From the NCBI GenBank assembly GCA_964291405.2, contig OZ219926.1, forward strand, positions 4,831,697 through 4,895,696: a DNA stretch of 64,000 nt. Direction: 5' to 3'. Every line of letters begins with the position of its first letter. Positions within the stretch are counted from its first letter, which is position 1. The position numbers and the translations under genes were made by a program. Positions 37,359-47,015 of the stretch are shown piece by piece. The notes below the pieces were generated by a model that made no database searches, was not told where the DNA came from, and saw only the letters and a list, made by a program, of their open reading frames with translations. The stretch comes from Thermodesulfobacteriota bacterium. GTDB lineage: Bacteria; Desulfobacterota; Binatia; Bin18.

Positions 37359-38060
37359 ATGGCTGGACCTGTGTGTTTGATTACTGGGGTGGGCCCCGGA
37401 ACCGGAGCGTCGCTCAGCCGCCGCTTTGCCCAAGGCGGCTATCGCGTAGCTATGCTGGCCCGGACCCAGGAGCGTTTGTCGCAACTGGAAAAAGAAATTA
37501 CAGGCTCGCGCGGCTATGTGTGCGACGTGTCTGACGAAGCCGCCGTCAACGCTACTGTCGCCCAGGTGAAAGAAGAAATGGGCCCGCCCGAAATCCTGAT
37601 CCACAATGCGGTGGGTGGCGCGTTCGGAACCTTTCTCGAAATCGAGCCGCAAACGCTGTCCGATAATTTCCAGGTCAATACAATGGGGCTGCTGTATCTG
37701 GCCAGGGCGGTCGCTCCGGATATGATCGAAGCCGGTAAGGGCGTTATCATATCCTCCGGAAATACCTCTGCGTTACGCGGGAAGCCTCGTTTTGCCGGCT
37801 TTGCCCCGACCAAAGCCGCCCAGCGCATCCTTTCGGAATCCATGGCCCGCACCCTGGGGCCGCAGGGTATTCATGTCGCCTATATCGTCATCGATGCCGT
37901 GATCGACCTGGCCTGGACGCGCAAGATGCTGCCCGACAAGCCGGACGATTTTTTCATTCAGCCGTCGGCCATCGCCGATACCGCCTACCACGTCGCCCAT
38001 CAGGACCGCTCGGGCTGGTCGTTCAATGTGGAAGTCCGGCCGTTTGGGGAGGAATGGTAG
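37359..38060 (+). CDS. Short-chain dehydrogenase/reductase
   Basis: ITGVGPGTG, HNA, F...K catalytic variant, GIHVAY..ID. Confidence 0.88.
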   Translation: MAGPVCLITGVGPGTGASLSRRFAQGGYRVAMLARTQERLSQLEKEITGSRGYVCDVSDEAAVNATVAQVKEEMGPPEILIHNAVGGAFGTFLEIEPQTLSDNFQVNTMGLLYLARAVAPDMIEAGKGVIISSGNTSALRGKPRFAGFAPTKAAQRILSESMARTLGPQGIHVAYIVIDAVIDLAWTRKMLPDKPDDFFIQPSAIADTAYHVAHQDRSGWSFNVEVRPFGEEW

Positions 38061-38082
38061 CGACTGTTGCGGGCCGGCGGCT

Positions 38083-38556
38083 TTAATAGGGCCTCCCGTC
38101 TTTGTGCGTAAACGCCCAGGTGCCATCGGCTTCGGACTTTGCGCAGATATCGTCGTCGGGATAGACCACCTCATCTCCCGACGTTCGATCACCTATCTCA
38201 AGATACGTCACCGCGTTTTCTGAACGATTCAGAAGATGGTGAGCGGTTCCTTCACCAGCCTGAAACCCAACGCATTCTCCAGGTCTCAGAACATATTCGC
38301 GGCTTCCGTAGACCAGGGTTGGAGTGCCACTCAATATATAGACGAACTCGTCCTGCTGAGAGTGCTGATGTTTCAGCGCGGACATCGACCCTGGGGATAG
38401 TGTGGTCAGGTTGACTCCAAAATTTTTCAAATCAAAAAGGTCACCAAGCTTTCTCTTGACCCGGCCGTTCATCCGCGACGCGTATGGCTCGGGATAATTC
38501 GATTTCTTTGAAGACGCCGGAACCTTTTCCGCAGGTATTGGTCTCGGAGAACTCAT
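38083..38556 (-). CDS. Cupin domain protein
   Basis: FGVN...L.PG..S...H.H...DEFVYILSG, HHL.N, YPDDD; RBS AGGAG before ATG 38556. Confidence 0.85.
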   Translation of the reverse strand: MSSPRPIPAEKVPASSKKSNYPEPYASRMNGRVKRKLGDLFDLKNFGVNLTTLSPGSMSALKHQHSQQDEFVYILSGTPTLVYGSREYVLRPGECVGFQAGEGTAHHLLNRSENAVTYLEIGDRTSGDEVVYPDDDICAKSEADGTWAFTHKDGRPY

Positions 38557-38756
38557 AAAATCTCCTCCTCTGGGCGGAGTATAGGGTAACCTTAGTGCCA
38601 TACGGAAGGCCGGCCATTTGGCGAAGAGTAGTAGACACGGGTGAGGGCGGCATATAGATTTCTGAGCCGTCACACACATAAGGAAGGGCCTCTGTGTGAC
38701 GGTCCTTTCCCCGTCCGTACCAGCCTTACAGAAAACCCTAAAGGAATACACCGGCG

Positions 38757-40499
38757 ATGGAATCACAAACCGCGAACTCTTCGCACAGCGTCCGCTACCA
38801 ACCGGACGAGCGGCCGCCGCGCGCGCTTGCCGTCGGTCTCGGCTTCCAGGCCGCTATCCTCACCTTTACACCAATAATCACCTTGCCACTCGTCATAATG
38901 CAAGCGGCAGACCAGGGCGCAGCCTACACGTCATGGGCCATCTTTATGGCCGTACTCATCAGCGGGATCACCACGATCGTGCAGGCCGTGCGGGTCGGGC
39001 GGTTCGGGGCCGGACACATCCTGATCATGGGCACCTCTGCCTCTTTTATCGCCGTCTGTATCACGGCGCTCACAGAGGGTGGGCCGGCGCTGCTCGCGAC
39101 CCTGATTATCGTCTCATCGGCGATCCAGTTCGCCTTGGCAGCACGTCTGTCGTTGCTCCGACGTTTTGTCACACCAGTCGTGTCCGGTACGCTTCTTGCC
39201 TTGATTGTTCTCACCGTTATTCCGGTCGTCTTCGACATGATGACCAAGGTGCCCGAGGGCACGCCGGCGTCCGCAGCTCCGGTGTGTGTTGTCGTAACCC
39301 TGAGCATCATCGCGGCTCTGACCCTACGCGCGCCGGGCTCCTGGCGGCTATGGGCTCCGGTCATTGGGCTGGGCGGCGGCTGTATCGTTGCTGTGTTCTT
39401 CGGCCTCTATGATACACAGCGCGTGGCCGATGCAGCGTGGGTCGGCCTGCCGCATATCGCCTGGCCTGGCCTTGATCTCACGTTTGACGGGCGCTTTTGG
39501 CTGCTCCTGCCGTCGTTCGTCTTCGTAACTCTGATCGGGGCTGTCGACACGATTGCGGATACCACCGCCATTCAGCACATCTCGTGGCGCGACCGGCGTA
39601 CGGTTGATCTGCGTCTTGTCCAAGGCGCGGTCAATGCGGACGGTCTCGGTAATCTGTTGTCCGGTTTGGCCGGCACCATCCCGAACGCCACTTATTCAGC
39701 AAGCGTCTCTCTTGCCGAATTGACGGGAGTCGGCGCGCGGAGTGTTGGTGTGTATATCGGGCTCATCTTCATCGGGCTGGCCTTCCTGCCCAAAGTGACG
39801 GCCCTCCTGATCGCTATTCCTGCGCCTGTGGTCGGCGCGTATCTGTTCGTGCTGATAGCGCTGGTTTTCGTGCAGGCATTAAAGCTTATGGTGCAGGATG
39901 GGATCGACACGCGCATGTCGCTCATCGTCGGGATGGGGTTCTTGGTCGGAGTAGGCTTTCAGAGCCAGGCCCTTTTCACGGACTATCTGAGCGGGACCAT
40001 AAGCAAGATGCTCGAAGACGGCATGACGTCCGGTGGCCTGACCTTGCTCGTGCTGCTCCTGTTCATGGAGTTGACCGCGCCCCGGCGGAGCCGCCTTGCA
40101 ATGGAATTGGATATTGCGGGCCTGCCCCAGCTTGACGCCTTCTTGCGTGCGTTGGCTACCCGTATGCGCTGGAACATTGCAGCCACGGAACGCCTCTGCT
40201 CCGCTGGAGAGGAAGCGCTGTTAAGTCTTGTCCATCAGGAGGAGGACGAGGCCGACCGTGAGGGGCGGCATCTGCTTGTGGTAGCGCGGAACGACCACGG
40301 AACCGCGGAGCTGGACTTCATCGCCGCACTTGGAGAAGACAATCTGGAAGACCGTATGCTGATTCTGAGAGAGCAGGTCGACAGACCGAACGAACGCGAA
40401 CTCTCGCTCCGCCTGCTCCGGCACTTTGCGTCGTCCGTCCGACACCAGCAGTACCATGACATCGACATCGTGACGGTACGCGTCGACGGCTCGGGGTAG
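38757..40499 (+). CDS. NCS2 (xanthine/uracil) permease with a C-terminal HATPase/RsbW-like extension
   Basis: Y.PDERPP, MGTS..F, DGLGN..SG..GT.PN.TYS, TGV; extra ~135 aa soluble tail. Confidence 0.78.
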   Translation: MESQTANSSHSVRYQPDERPPRALAVGLGFQAAILTFTPIITLPLVIMQAADQGAAYTSWAIFMAVLISGITTIVQAVRVGRFGAGHILIMGTSASFIAVCITALTEGGPALLATLIIVSSAIQFALAARLSLLRRFVTPVVSGTLLALIVLTVIPVVFDMMTKVPEGTPASAAPVCVVVTLSIIAALTLRAPGSWRLWAPVIGLGGGCIVAVFFGLYDTQRVADAAWVGLPHIAWPGLDLTFDGRFWLLLPSFVFVTLIGAVDTIADTTAIQHISWRDRRTVDLRLVQGAVNADGLGNLLSGLAGTIPNATYSASVSLAELTGVGARSVGVYIGLIFIGLAFLPKVTALLIAIPAPVVGAYLFVLIALVFVQALKLMVQDGIDTRMSLIVGMGFLVGVGFQSQALFTDYLSGTISKMLEDGMTSGGLTLLVLLLFMELTAPRRSRLAMELDIAGLPQLDAFLRALATRMRWNIAATERLCSAGEEALLSLVHQEEDEADREGRHLLVVARNDHGTAELDFIAALGEDNLEDRMLILREQVDRPNERELSLRLLRHFASSVRHQQYHDIDIVTVRVDGSG

Positions 40500-40507
40500 C
40501 CTTATAC

Positions 40508-40551
40508 ATCCCCTCCTCGGAGGGGTGCCGCGCTAGCGGCGGGATGGGTTC
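40508..40551. repeat. REP-like palindrome
   Basis: ATCCCCTCCTCGGAGGGGTG..GGGATGGGTTC, same family as 14312 and 62122/62182. Confidence 0.7.
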
Positions 40552-40639
40552 TCCCCGACCCAATGGCCTCCCACGTCTGGTGACCGCTGGTTCCTGGGAA
40601 TGTGCATCGTACGTCTCAGGGGAGGACGGTGCTCACCGC

Positions 40640-41479
40640 TCAAAGTCGCTGGCACTGCGGACAAAAATGCGTGCTACGCTGCCCGACCAGGGTGCGCTCG
40701 ATTGGGGTCCGACAACGCCGGCAGGGCTTGCCCGTTCGGCCATAGACCCGGAAGAAATTCTGGTAGTTGCCCTCAGGATAAACCCAATCAATGGCCGCGC
40801 CGTTGTGCTTGATGCCGTCGTTCAGCGCCGCTCGAATGGCCTTATGCAGCGCCGCAACCTGACGGTCGTTGAGGTCAGCGGCTCGGCAGAAGGGGTGGAG
40901 CTTGGCTCGCCAGAGCGCTTCGTCCGCATAAATGTTGCCCACCCCGGCAATAAAAGACTGGTTCAGCAGCACGCCTTGAGTCCACCGGTTTTTTTCGCAA
41001 TGAGCGGCCGAAAGCGCCGTAGCGTAAAGCCGGGTGCTAACGGTTCCGGGCCGAGATGGCCGGTCACGGTTTCGAGGTCGTCCACGCAATAGACCCGCCC
41101 AAACTTGCGCGCATCATGAAAATGCAGGGTATAGCTCGTATCGAAATCACACATGCTTGTGCCGCGGATAGCCGGTTTCACGAACCTCAATTCGTCCGCT
41201 CATTTTGAGATGGATGACGAGATATCGAACAGAGGCATCTGCGCCGGATCGCAAGGTCAAAACGATATATTTCCCGCGCCGCCCAAGGGATTCGATCCGG
41301 TGGCCGGGCAAGGTGCGGGTGACGGCGCGAATAGACGGTCGTATGGAATTGTGCCAATTCCCCCAGGCGTGGGTGATCTCCGCTCCTATCAGAGACGGGT
41401 AGGTCGGCAGTCCGACCTCCGCAGGTTCACCACGTATGAGCTTACGGACAATGGTTTCCACTTCCGGGAGTTCGGGCAT
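40640..41479 (-). pseudogene. mutM: Formamidopyrimidine-DNA glycosylase with two frameshifts (possibly assembly errors)
   Basis: MPELPEVET, RRGKY, HLKMSG | D.RKFGR, LGPEPL | AGVGNIYADEAL, C..C...RSTHFCPQCQ spread over three frames. Confidence 0.88.
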
Positions 41480-41544
41480 AGCCTATAGCCTCTCTATTAA
41501 AAAATTGATAGCTGGACGCGAAGGAAAGAGGAGGAGATTCGGAC

Positions 41545-41898
41545 ATGGCAGTGAAAAAGTTTTCAAGCGCGTATTACGTAGTCAACAATATGGATCAGGC
41601 GGTCAATTTTTACCAGGACATCTTGGGTCTGGATGTCAAATTTCGCGACGGCGATCGCTGGACCCAGTTCGATGTGAATGGGGTCGGGGTGGCGCTAGCC
41701 GACCCGAGCGAAGGCTCGGTCCCTCCGGGCGGTGGAGCCACCGTAGTGCTTGAGGTCGAGGATCTCGAAGAAATGCGTGAGAAGCTGACTCAAAACGGCG
41801 TCACGGTCAACGACACCGTGGACATGGGCGGACACGGAAAATACTTCACCGTGGTGGACCCGGCCGGCAATATCGTCCAGATCTTCGCCCGCTCGTAG
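41545..41898 (+). CDS. VOC/glyoxalase family protein
   Basis: A..FYQDILGL, LEVEDL, DPAGN. Confidence 0.85.
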   Translation: MAVKKFSSAYYVVNNMDQAVNFYQDILGLDVKFRDGDRWTQFDVNGVGVALADPSEGSVPPGGGATVVLEVEDLEEMREKLTQNGVTVNDTVDMGGHGKYFTVVDPAGNIVQIFARS

Positions 41899-41961
41899 AG
41901 GCACGACCAAGGCGGATGAGGCCAGTGCTTATTCAGGGATTACCTCAAGGATTCAATGAGT

Positions 41962-42744
41962 TCACGTTGTGTATCGTTTTACCGCCATGATAGGGTTGCT
42001 CTGAGTGGCACAGGAGACCGCAATATTTTCCAGTCTATCATCCGAGGTAACGCCGTTCTTGTGATGGCCGTGAAGTAAGCTTTGATGCTTGGAAAGATTC
42101 ACTCCGCACTCGTCGCAACGCCAGCCCGCCCGTTTGATTTTGGTTGCTAGACTGTGCCAATTTTTAGCATAACCTCCCCGGGGCGCTGTCAGGTCTGTAT
42201 AGCGAGGTCTCGATGAAAAGAATGTTGTAAATTCCGCGAAGAAGTCCTGAAGTGAGAAGTCTTTCCACAATTTGACGCTTCTCGACCGTGCATACCCTTT
42301 CCAGTCCAGGTGCGTGAGACAGTTTTTACACACGCGTAGCGGAGCCTCAAATTCCTCATCCGAATCTACGGCTTCTACAAGAAACTTTCCGTCATGCCTG
42401 GTCGTGACGACATACCGCTCGAAGCGTCCCTTCCAGCGCATATCCCTTATGGTATGGCATTCGGCGACGTGAAACCTTCTGGCTTCTTCGGGGTAGTGTA
42501 AGAGTATATATTTACCCTGACGAGTGTCCTTAATGTATAGGACGATTTGTTCGCCTTTATGTGTGAGTAGTCCATCTCTGGATTCAACTTCACTAAGATC
42601 GGGTATCTCCTTACCCTGTTGAAGTTCCTGTCTTAGTTCCTCCCTTCTTATTTGTTGCTCTTTCGTCTCATACGGACGCAGCCGCCACGACGAAGGACTT
42701 GCACCCATGCGACTCACAAGTTCCTGGAGTTTGGGAAAATTCAC
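41962..42744 (-). CDS. zorE: Zorya type II HNH nuclease ZorE-like (3' end frameshifted)
   Basis: RFHVAEC.TI..M...GRFERYVVT..DG.F, L.VCKNCL, C..CGV.L, HH.NG...D; shifted frame gives CHSEQPYH; follows zorB. Confidence 0.78.
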   Translation of the reverse strand: MNFPKLQELVSRMGASPSSWRLRPYETKEQQIRREELRQELQQGKEIPDLSEVESRDGLLTHKGEQIVLYIKDTRQGKYILLHYPEEARRFHVAECHTIRDMRWKGRFERYVVTTRHDGKFLVEAVDSDEEFEAPLRVCKNCLTHLDWKGYARSRSVKLWKDFSLQDFFAEFTTFFSSRPRYTDLTAPRGGYAKNWHSLATKIKRAGWRCDECGVNLSKHQSLLHGHHKNGVTSDDRLENIAVSCATQSNPIMAVKRYTT

Positions 42745-43430
42745 TGCTCTATTGTCTCCAGAACTCTAACGATCTGCTCTTTGGTATTGGTACGAACCCT
42801 GAATTCAACCCGTCGAGACCTGACCTTATCCTCCTTAGGGCCCTGGAGAATAAGATGGCTGGAGGAAAGACCGTTTGCGGTAATCAGCTTCCGTGCCCAT
42901 TCCTTGTACGGGTCAACTAACGGAAGTCCGAGAGAATATTCTAAAACCGCCCGCGTCCTGGCTTGTGAAAGCTCCATGTTCATGAAATAGGCAACATCTT
43001 CTGTTGTGGCTCCCTCCCACTCGGACGAGGTGTGCCCTTCAAGACGAACCTCCGCAATTGTCCTTGAACTGGTGGAGTACGTTGAGGTAGCGAGGAAAGA
43101 AGTCGTCCAGAATACGTTTGAACTCGGGTTTCAACACTGCTGTTGCAGTATCAAACAGAACGTCAGGAGCCTTGAAGCGGAGCGATAGGGTTGTCCGGTC
43201 CAGTTCCGCGCGCCACCTGGGCAGGTCGTCTTTGAATTCTTTCTCAAGTGCCTCGTAAATTTCTACTTCGGTATCTTTCCAGGTCACGACGATTTTCCGA
43301 ATCTGGGACTGAATTTCGACAATAGGCCGGATATACGTGATCGCAATAAACAAAAAAATGACCAGAGGCCGGCCGGAGGTCCGAAACCGACAGCCAGTGC
43401 TCATCTTCGGGCGATGAAGGTCGTCATCAT
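42741..43430 (-). pseudogene. zorB: Zorya ZorB (MotB/OmpA-like), frameshifted
   Basis: Reconstructed EHWLSVSDL.AGL.VIFLFIAI..., LF, FFPRYL, EVRLEGHTSSEW, NMELSQARTRAV, TANGLS, SRRVEFR. Confidence 0.85.
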
Positions 43431-45426
43431 GCGTCTAGTCCGTTCGCCATCCGAAACACGGCGAAGTTTGTCAGTCAGGGGGGTGTAGTCTTCCACGAAT
43501 TTTTCAGACAGCGACGCCAAGTGTCCTCCCATACGCTCAATTTCATGCAGAGTCCGTTCCAGGTGTTGGTTCAGGTTTTCGCTGGGGTTCGATCCTCTCG
43601 AAAGCTTTTGACAATGTCTCGTTCACTCTCGAACCGCTGCTGTGATTGCTGCGCGGTTAGGAGCTGATCGAAGCCCCTCTGGAGTTGCTGATAGGCGTCC
43701 TGCTGGTGCCGAAGGGTATCATCAATGGCCTGCTCGGCCGATTCCGCGAACTTGCGCGTCAGTTCGGAGGCTTTCGACAATGTCTCGTTGAAAGCACTCT
43801 CAAACCGTTGCTGTGATTGATAGGCGCTCGTAAAGAGTTGATCGAAGCTCCTATGGAGCTGCTGGTAATCCTGCTGCCCAAGTCTCCTGTTGGCGCTGAA
43901 GGGCTGCGTCAGCGCGTTGGAGAGTTTGCCCGACTGATTCCGAGCTTGCTTGTCAGTTCAGAAGCCTTTGACAATGCCTCATTGAAGGCACTCTCGAACC
44001 GCTGCTGTGAAGGAGCTGATTGAAGCCTGTTGGAGTTGCTGGTAGGCGTCCTGCTGCCGCTGGTAAGTCTCCTGTTGGCGCTGAAGGGCTGCGTCAGCAC
44101 GTTGGAGGGTTTGCCCGACTGATTCCGCGAGTTTATCTGCCAGCTCCGTGAAGCTATTCTCGAACCGTTGCTGTGACTGCTGTGCGTTTGTTAGGAGCTG
44201 ATTGAAGCCTGTATGGAGTTGCTGGTAGGCGTCCTGCTGCCGCTGGTAAGTCTCCTGTTGGCGCTGAAGGGCTGCGTCAGCACGTTGGAGGGTTTCGACT
44301 GACTCCGTGAGCCTGTCTGTCAGCTCCGTGAAGCTATTCTCGAACTGCTGCTGTGAGTGCTGAGCGTTTGCTAAGAGTTGCTGGAATCCCTGTGCAACCT
44401 GTCGTGGGCGTCTTGCTGACGCTGAAGAGCGTCGTCGGAGCGTTGGATGACTTGCTGGACCGATTCTTCGAGCCTGTTCGTCAGTTTTGTGAGATTGTCG
44501 TCAATCACGGGGAAAGCCTCTATAGCCTTATCCCTCAGCCCTGCAACGGTTGTCAGATGTTCGTCGAGTCCTTTCAGAATGTCCCGCAAGCTCTGCAGGG
44601 TTTCGGGAATCTGCCCCGTGTGACCTGCAATCTCACGGAGTGCTTGTTCAGAAGCCCCGGTTGCCTTGACCGCTGTTTCAAGTCGGCGCTCTAACGCCTC
44701 GACGTGCTCACGATAATTTTCTTGCCAAGTTAGGAGTGCACCTACCGCTTCGTTAAGCTGCCTGAAGTTATCGCCAAATTGTTCATTCAGTTGGGTGTTG
44801 AAGTCGCGAATGACTTTTTCAAGGGCTTCAATGAGGGCCTTCGAGTTATTCTCGGCCATGGTTTCCGCAAATAAGCGAAATTCTTTGGTTAGCTCCTGCT
44901 GGCCATCTTTGAAGTCCGTTCTCAACTTTTGAATCTGCGTAAGAAGGCTGCTGTCGCTGTCAGCGGAAACCGACTTGCGTAAAGCTTCAAGCGACTCATG
45001 TTCTTGTGACGCCGCTTTGTCGATTCCTTCTCGAATAGCCTTCAAAGCGGTATGAATGGCCTCTGGCGTAACTTCCACTTCTTCTGTCTCAGACTCCGGC
45101 GTGACTGTTTGCACGATTTTCAGGGCGATTGAGGTGGTCAGGCCGAGAATGCTGGTCAGGAATGCGACTTTGAGACCGGCCAACAACTGGGGGACACTCT
45201 CATCAATGTTGCTTACGTCAAAATCGAGCAGCCCGATAGCAATTCCGACGAAAGTACCGAGTACGCCCAAGGTGGTCAGTAAAGTAGGGCCGGAGCGATA
45301 TACCTCGAACCGTCCAACAGGCCGCCAAATTGCTAAAACGAGAGCTGGGCCAATTATGATGACTGCGAAGCACGTAGAAACTTCACTCTCAAAAATCGCT
45401 TCAAAAAACCGCAAGACCATATCCAT
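43427..45426 (-). pseudogene. zorA: Zorya ZorA (MotA-like TM domain + long helical tail), frameshifted
   Basis: PTLLTTLGVLGTFVGI, LLAGLKVAFLTSILG, ALE.VIRDFN..L.EQFGDNF..LN.AV..L..WQE.Y; terminal LASLSEKFVEDYTPLTDKLR read near 43460-43520. Confidence 0.85.
43600..44460 (-). repeat. Intragenic tandem repeat (~180-186 bp, ~60 aa, about 5 copies) in the ZorA tail
   Basis: AAGTCTCCTGTTGGCGCTGAAGGGCTGCGTCAGC at 43880, 44065 and 44248; diverged copies near 43680 and 44410. Confidence 0.85.
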
Positions 45427-45485
45427 GTTTTTCCTCCATGTTAGCGAAACCGATATGGGGGAATGTCACACCCCTCTCTGCCGGG

Positions 45486-45815
45486 GGTAGTGCCTCACTT
45501 TGAAACTTCTGACTAGGAAAAACGGGGCAGTCTGCCCTCTCCCTCGCTCCCTCTCCGGCATCGTGTGCTCCTCTCGGCTCCCGGACACCGCGCGGACGCG
45601 GACCCGGAAGGCTGCTCACTCCCTACCACGGCTCCCCACCGGTTGTCCCTAGTAAATTATGAGGAAATTATGAGGGGGGTAGTCCCGCTCCGGCTTGGCC
45701 CCAGGCCGGGGGGCGCCAGGCGGGGGCAAGACTGCCCGGTCACCGAAGGCGCTGAGACGGGAGGGAAGGGCAGGCCGAACGCGGAGAAGAACAAATTTCA
45801 AACTGAGACACTACC
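45486..45815. mobile_element. MITE (~330 bp) with IS1/IS1595-like ends and an 8-bp target-site duplication
   Basis: Left GGTAGTGCCTCACTTTGAAACTT vs right AAATTTCAAACTGAGACACTACC (20/23 inverted match); CTGCCGGG at 45478-45485 and 45816-45823; no transposase. Confidence 0.8.
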
Positions 45816-45922
45816 CTGCCGGGGTATCGCTTGACTGGCATGAGCGCCCAATTCCACGCCTCTACCAAAGCCGTTCAAATCTGGTATGGAACACACATCC
45901 CCTCTTGTCAGGAGAAGATGTC

Positions 45923-46975
45923 ATGAAACATCTGTGGTCGGACTGGATGAAGAGCCTTGTTGTCATAGTGGGTCTTGGAGTGGTGGTGGGGCCGACTTCG
46001 GTTGCTTGGAGCCATGGAGATGGCACGGATAAAGTCCCGCTCTGGCAGTGGGAGCCGGAGCAGTTTCAGCAGCACGTGGCCACAGTCCGGAGCGGTAAAG
46101 ACCTAACGCCTGAGTCCTGGCCGGACGGGACGCGGGTGGCGGTGAGTTTGTCGTTTGACTTTGACACCGAGCCGGTCTGGATGGGATTTCAGGACCAGCA
46201 GAGCCCCTCGTATATGTCGCGGGGTGAGTATGGCGCCCGCTCGGGCATGCCACGTATCTTCAACCTCTTGGACAAGCACGACATCCCGGCCACGTTTTTT
46301 ATTCCTGCCATCTCAATGGTCCTGCACCCGCAGGTCATTGAGGAAATCAAGAAACACGCCGACTATGAGATCGGCTTTCACTCCTACGTGCACGAAAATC
46401 CGCTGACGCTGAGTGAAGCGGAAGAGCGCGCCGTGTACGAGAAAGCCATGAAAATCTTTGTCGAAAGAGTGGGCAAACGACCGGCCGGCTTTCGGTCCGC
46501 GGCCTGGGACCTGACCCCGGCGACCATTCAGATCGTCAAGGAAATGGGCTTTTTGTACGAGAGCAGCATGATGGCGGATGACCGGCCCTACACCCTGCTG
46601 GCCAACGGAGAAGAAACCGGACTGATTGAACTCCCGGTCGAATGGATCCTCGACGACTGGCCGTTGTTTCAAATAAGCTGGCCGAGCCGGCACGTCAGTA
46701 TTCGCAACGCCGACGACGTATATTCGATCTGGAAAGACGAATTTGACGGGGCCTATGAAGAAGGGTCCATGTATATTCTCACCATGCATCCCCAAGTCAT
46801 TGGTCATCGCTACCGGATGAAAATGCTCGACAAGCTCGTCACCTATATGAAGAGCAAGCCCGGAGTGTGGTTCGCTACCCACGAACAGATCGCGCTCTAT
46901 GTCAAAGAGCAGGCCGGACTGGGAGACGACGACACCTCGGCGGCAAAGCCCGCAGAGGAGCGGCCTGCCGGATAA
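45923..46975 (+). CDS. Exported polysaccharide deacetylase family protein
   Basis: Signal-like N-terminus (..VAWS|HG), SFDFD, SRGEYG.R, ATFF.P, GFH...HE, YESS, MHPQVIG. Confidence 0.85.
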   Translation: MKHLWSDWMKSLVVIVGLGVVVGPTSVAWSHGDGTDKVPLWQWEPEQFQQHVATVRSGKDLTPESWPDGTRVAVSLSFDFDTEPVWMGFQDQQSPSYMSRGEYGARSGMPRIFNLLDKHDIPATFFIPAISMVLHPQVIEEIKKHADYEIGFHSYVHENPLTLSEAEERAVYEKAMKIFVERVGKRPAGFRSAAWDLTPATIQIVKEMGFLYESSMMADDRPYTLLANGEETGLIELPVEWILDDWPLFQISWPSRHVSIRNADDVYSIWKDEFDGAYEEGSMYILTMHPQVIGHRYRMKMLDKLVTYMKSKPGVWFATHEQIALYVKEQAGLGDDDTSAAKPAEERPAG

Positions 46976-47015
46976 GTATAAGGTCTGAGTTTGGATATGA
47001 ATAAAGGGGGGAAGC

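Noticed and set aside
43600-44460. Repeats as a CRISPR array or non-coding repeat
   Set aside because: Period is ~183 bp with no unique spacers, the unit translates as ZorA tail, and there are no cas genes
42741-45426. Flagellar motAB or exbBD
   Set aside because: Long tail, ZorA/ZorB-type motifs and a coupled HNH gene indicate Zorya; no flagellar or TonB genes nearby
45695-45922. N-terminal 76 aa of the 426-aa ORF
   Set aside because: Read-through from MITE sequence; the RBS (AGGAG) supports ATG 45923
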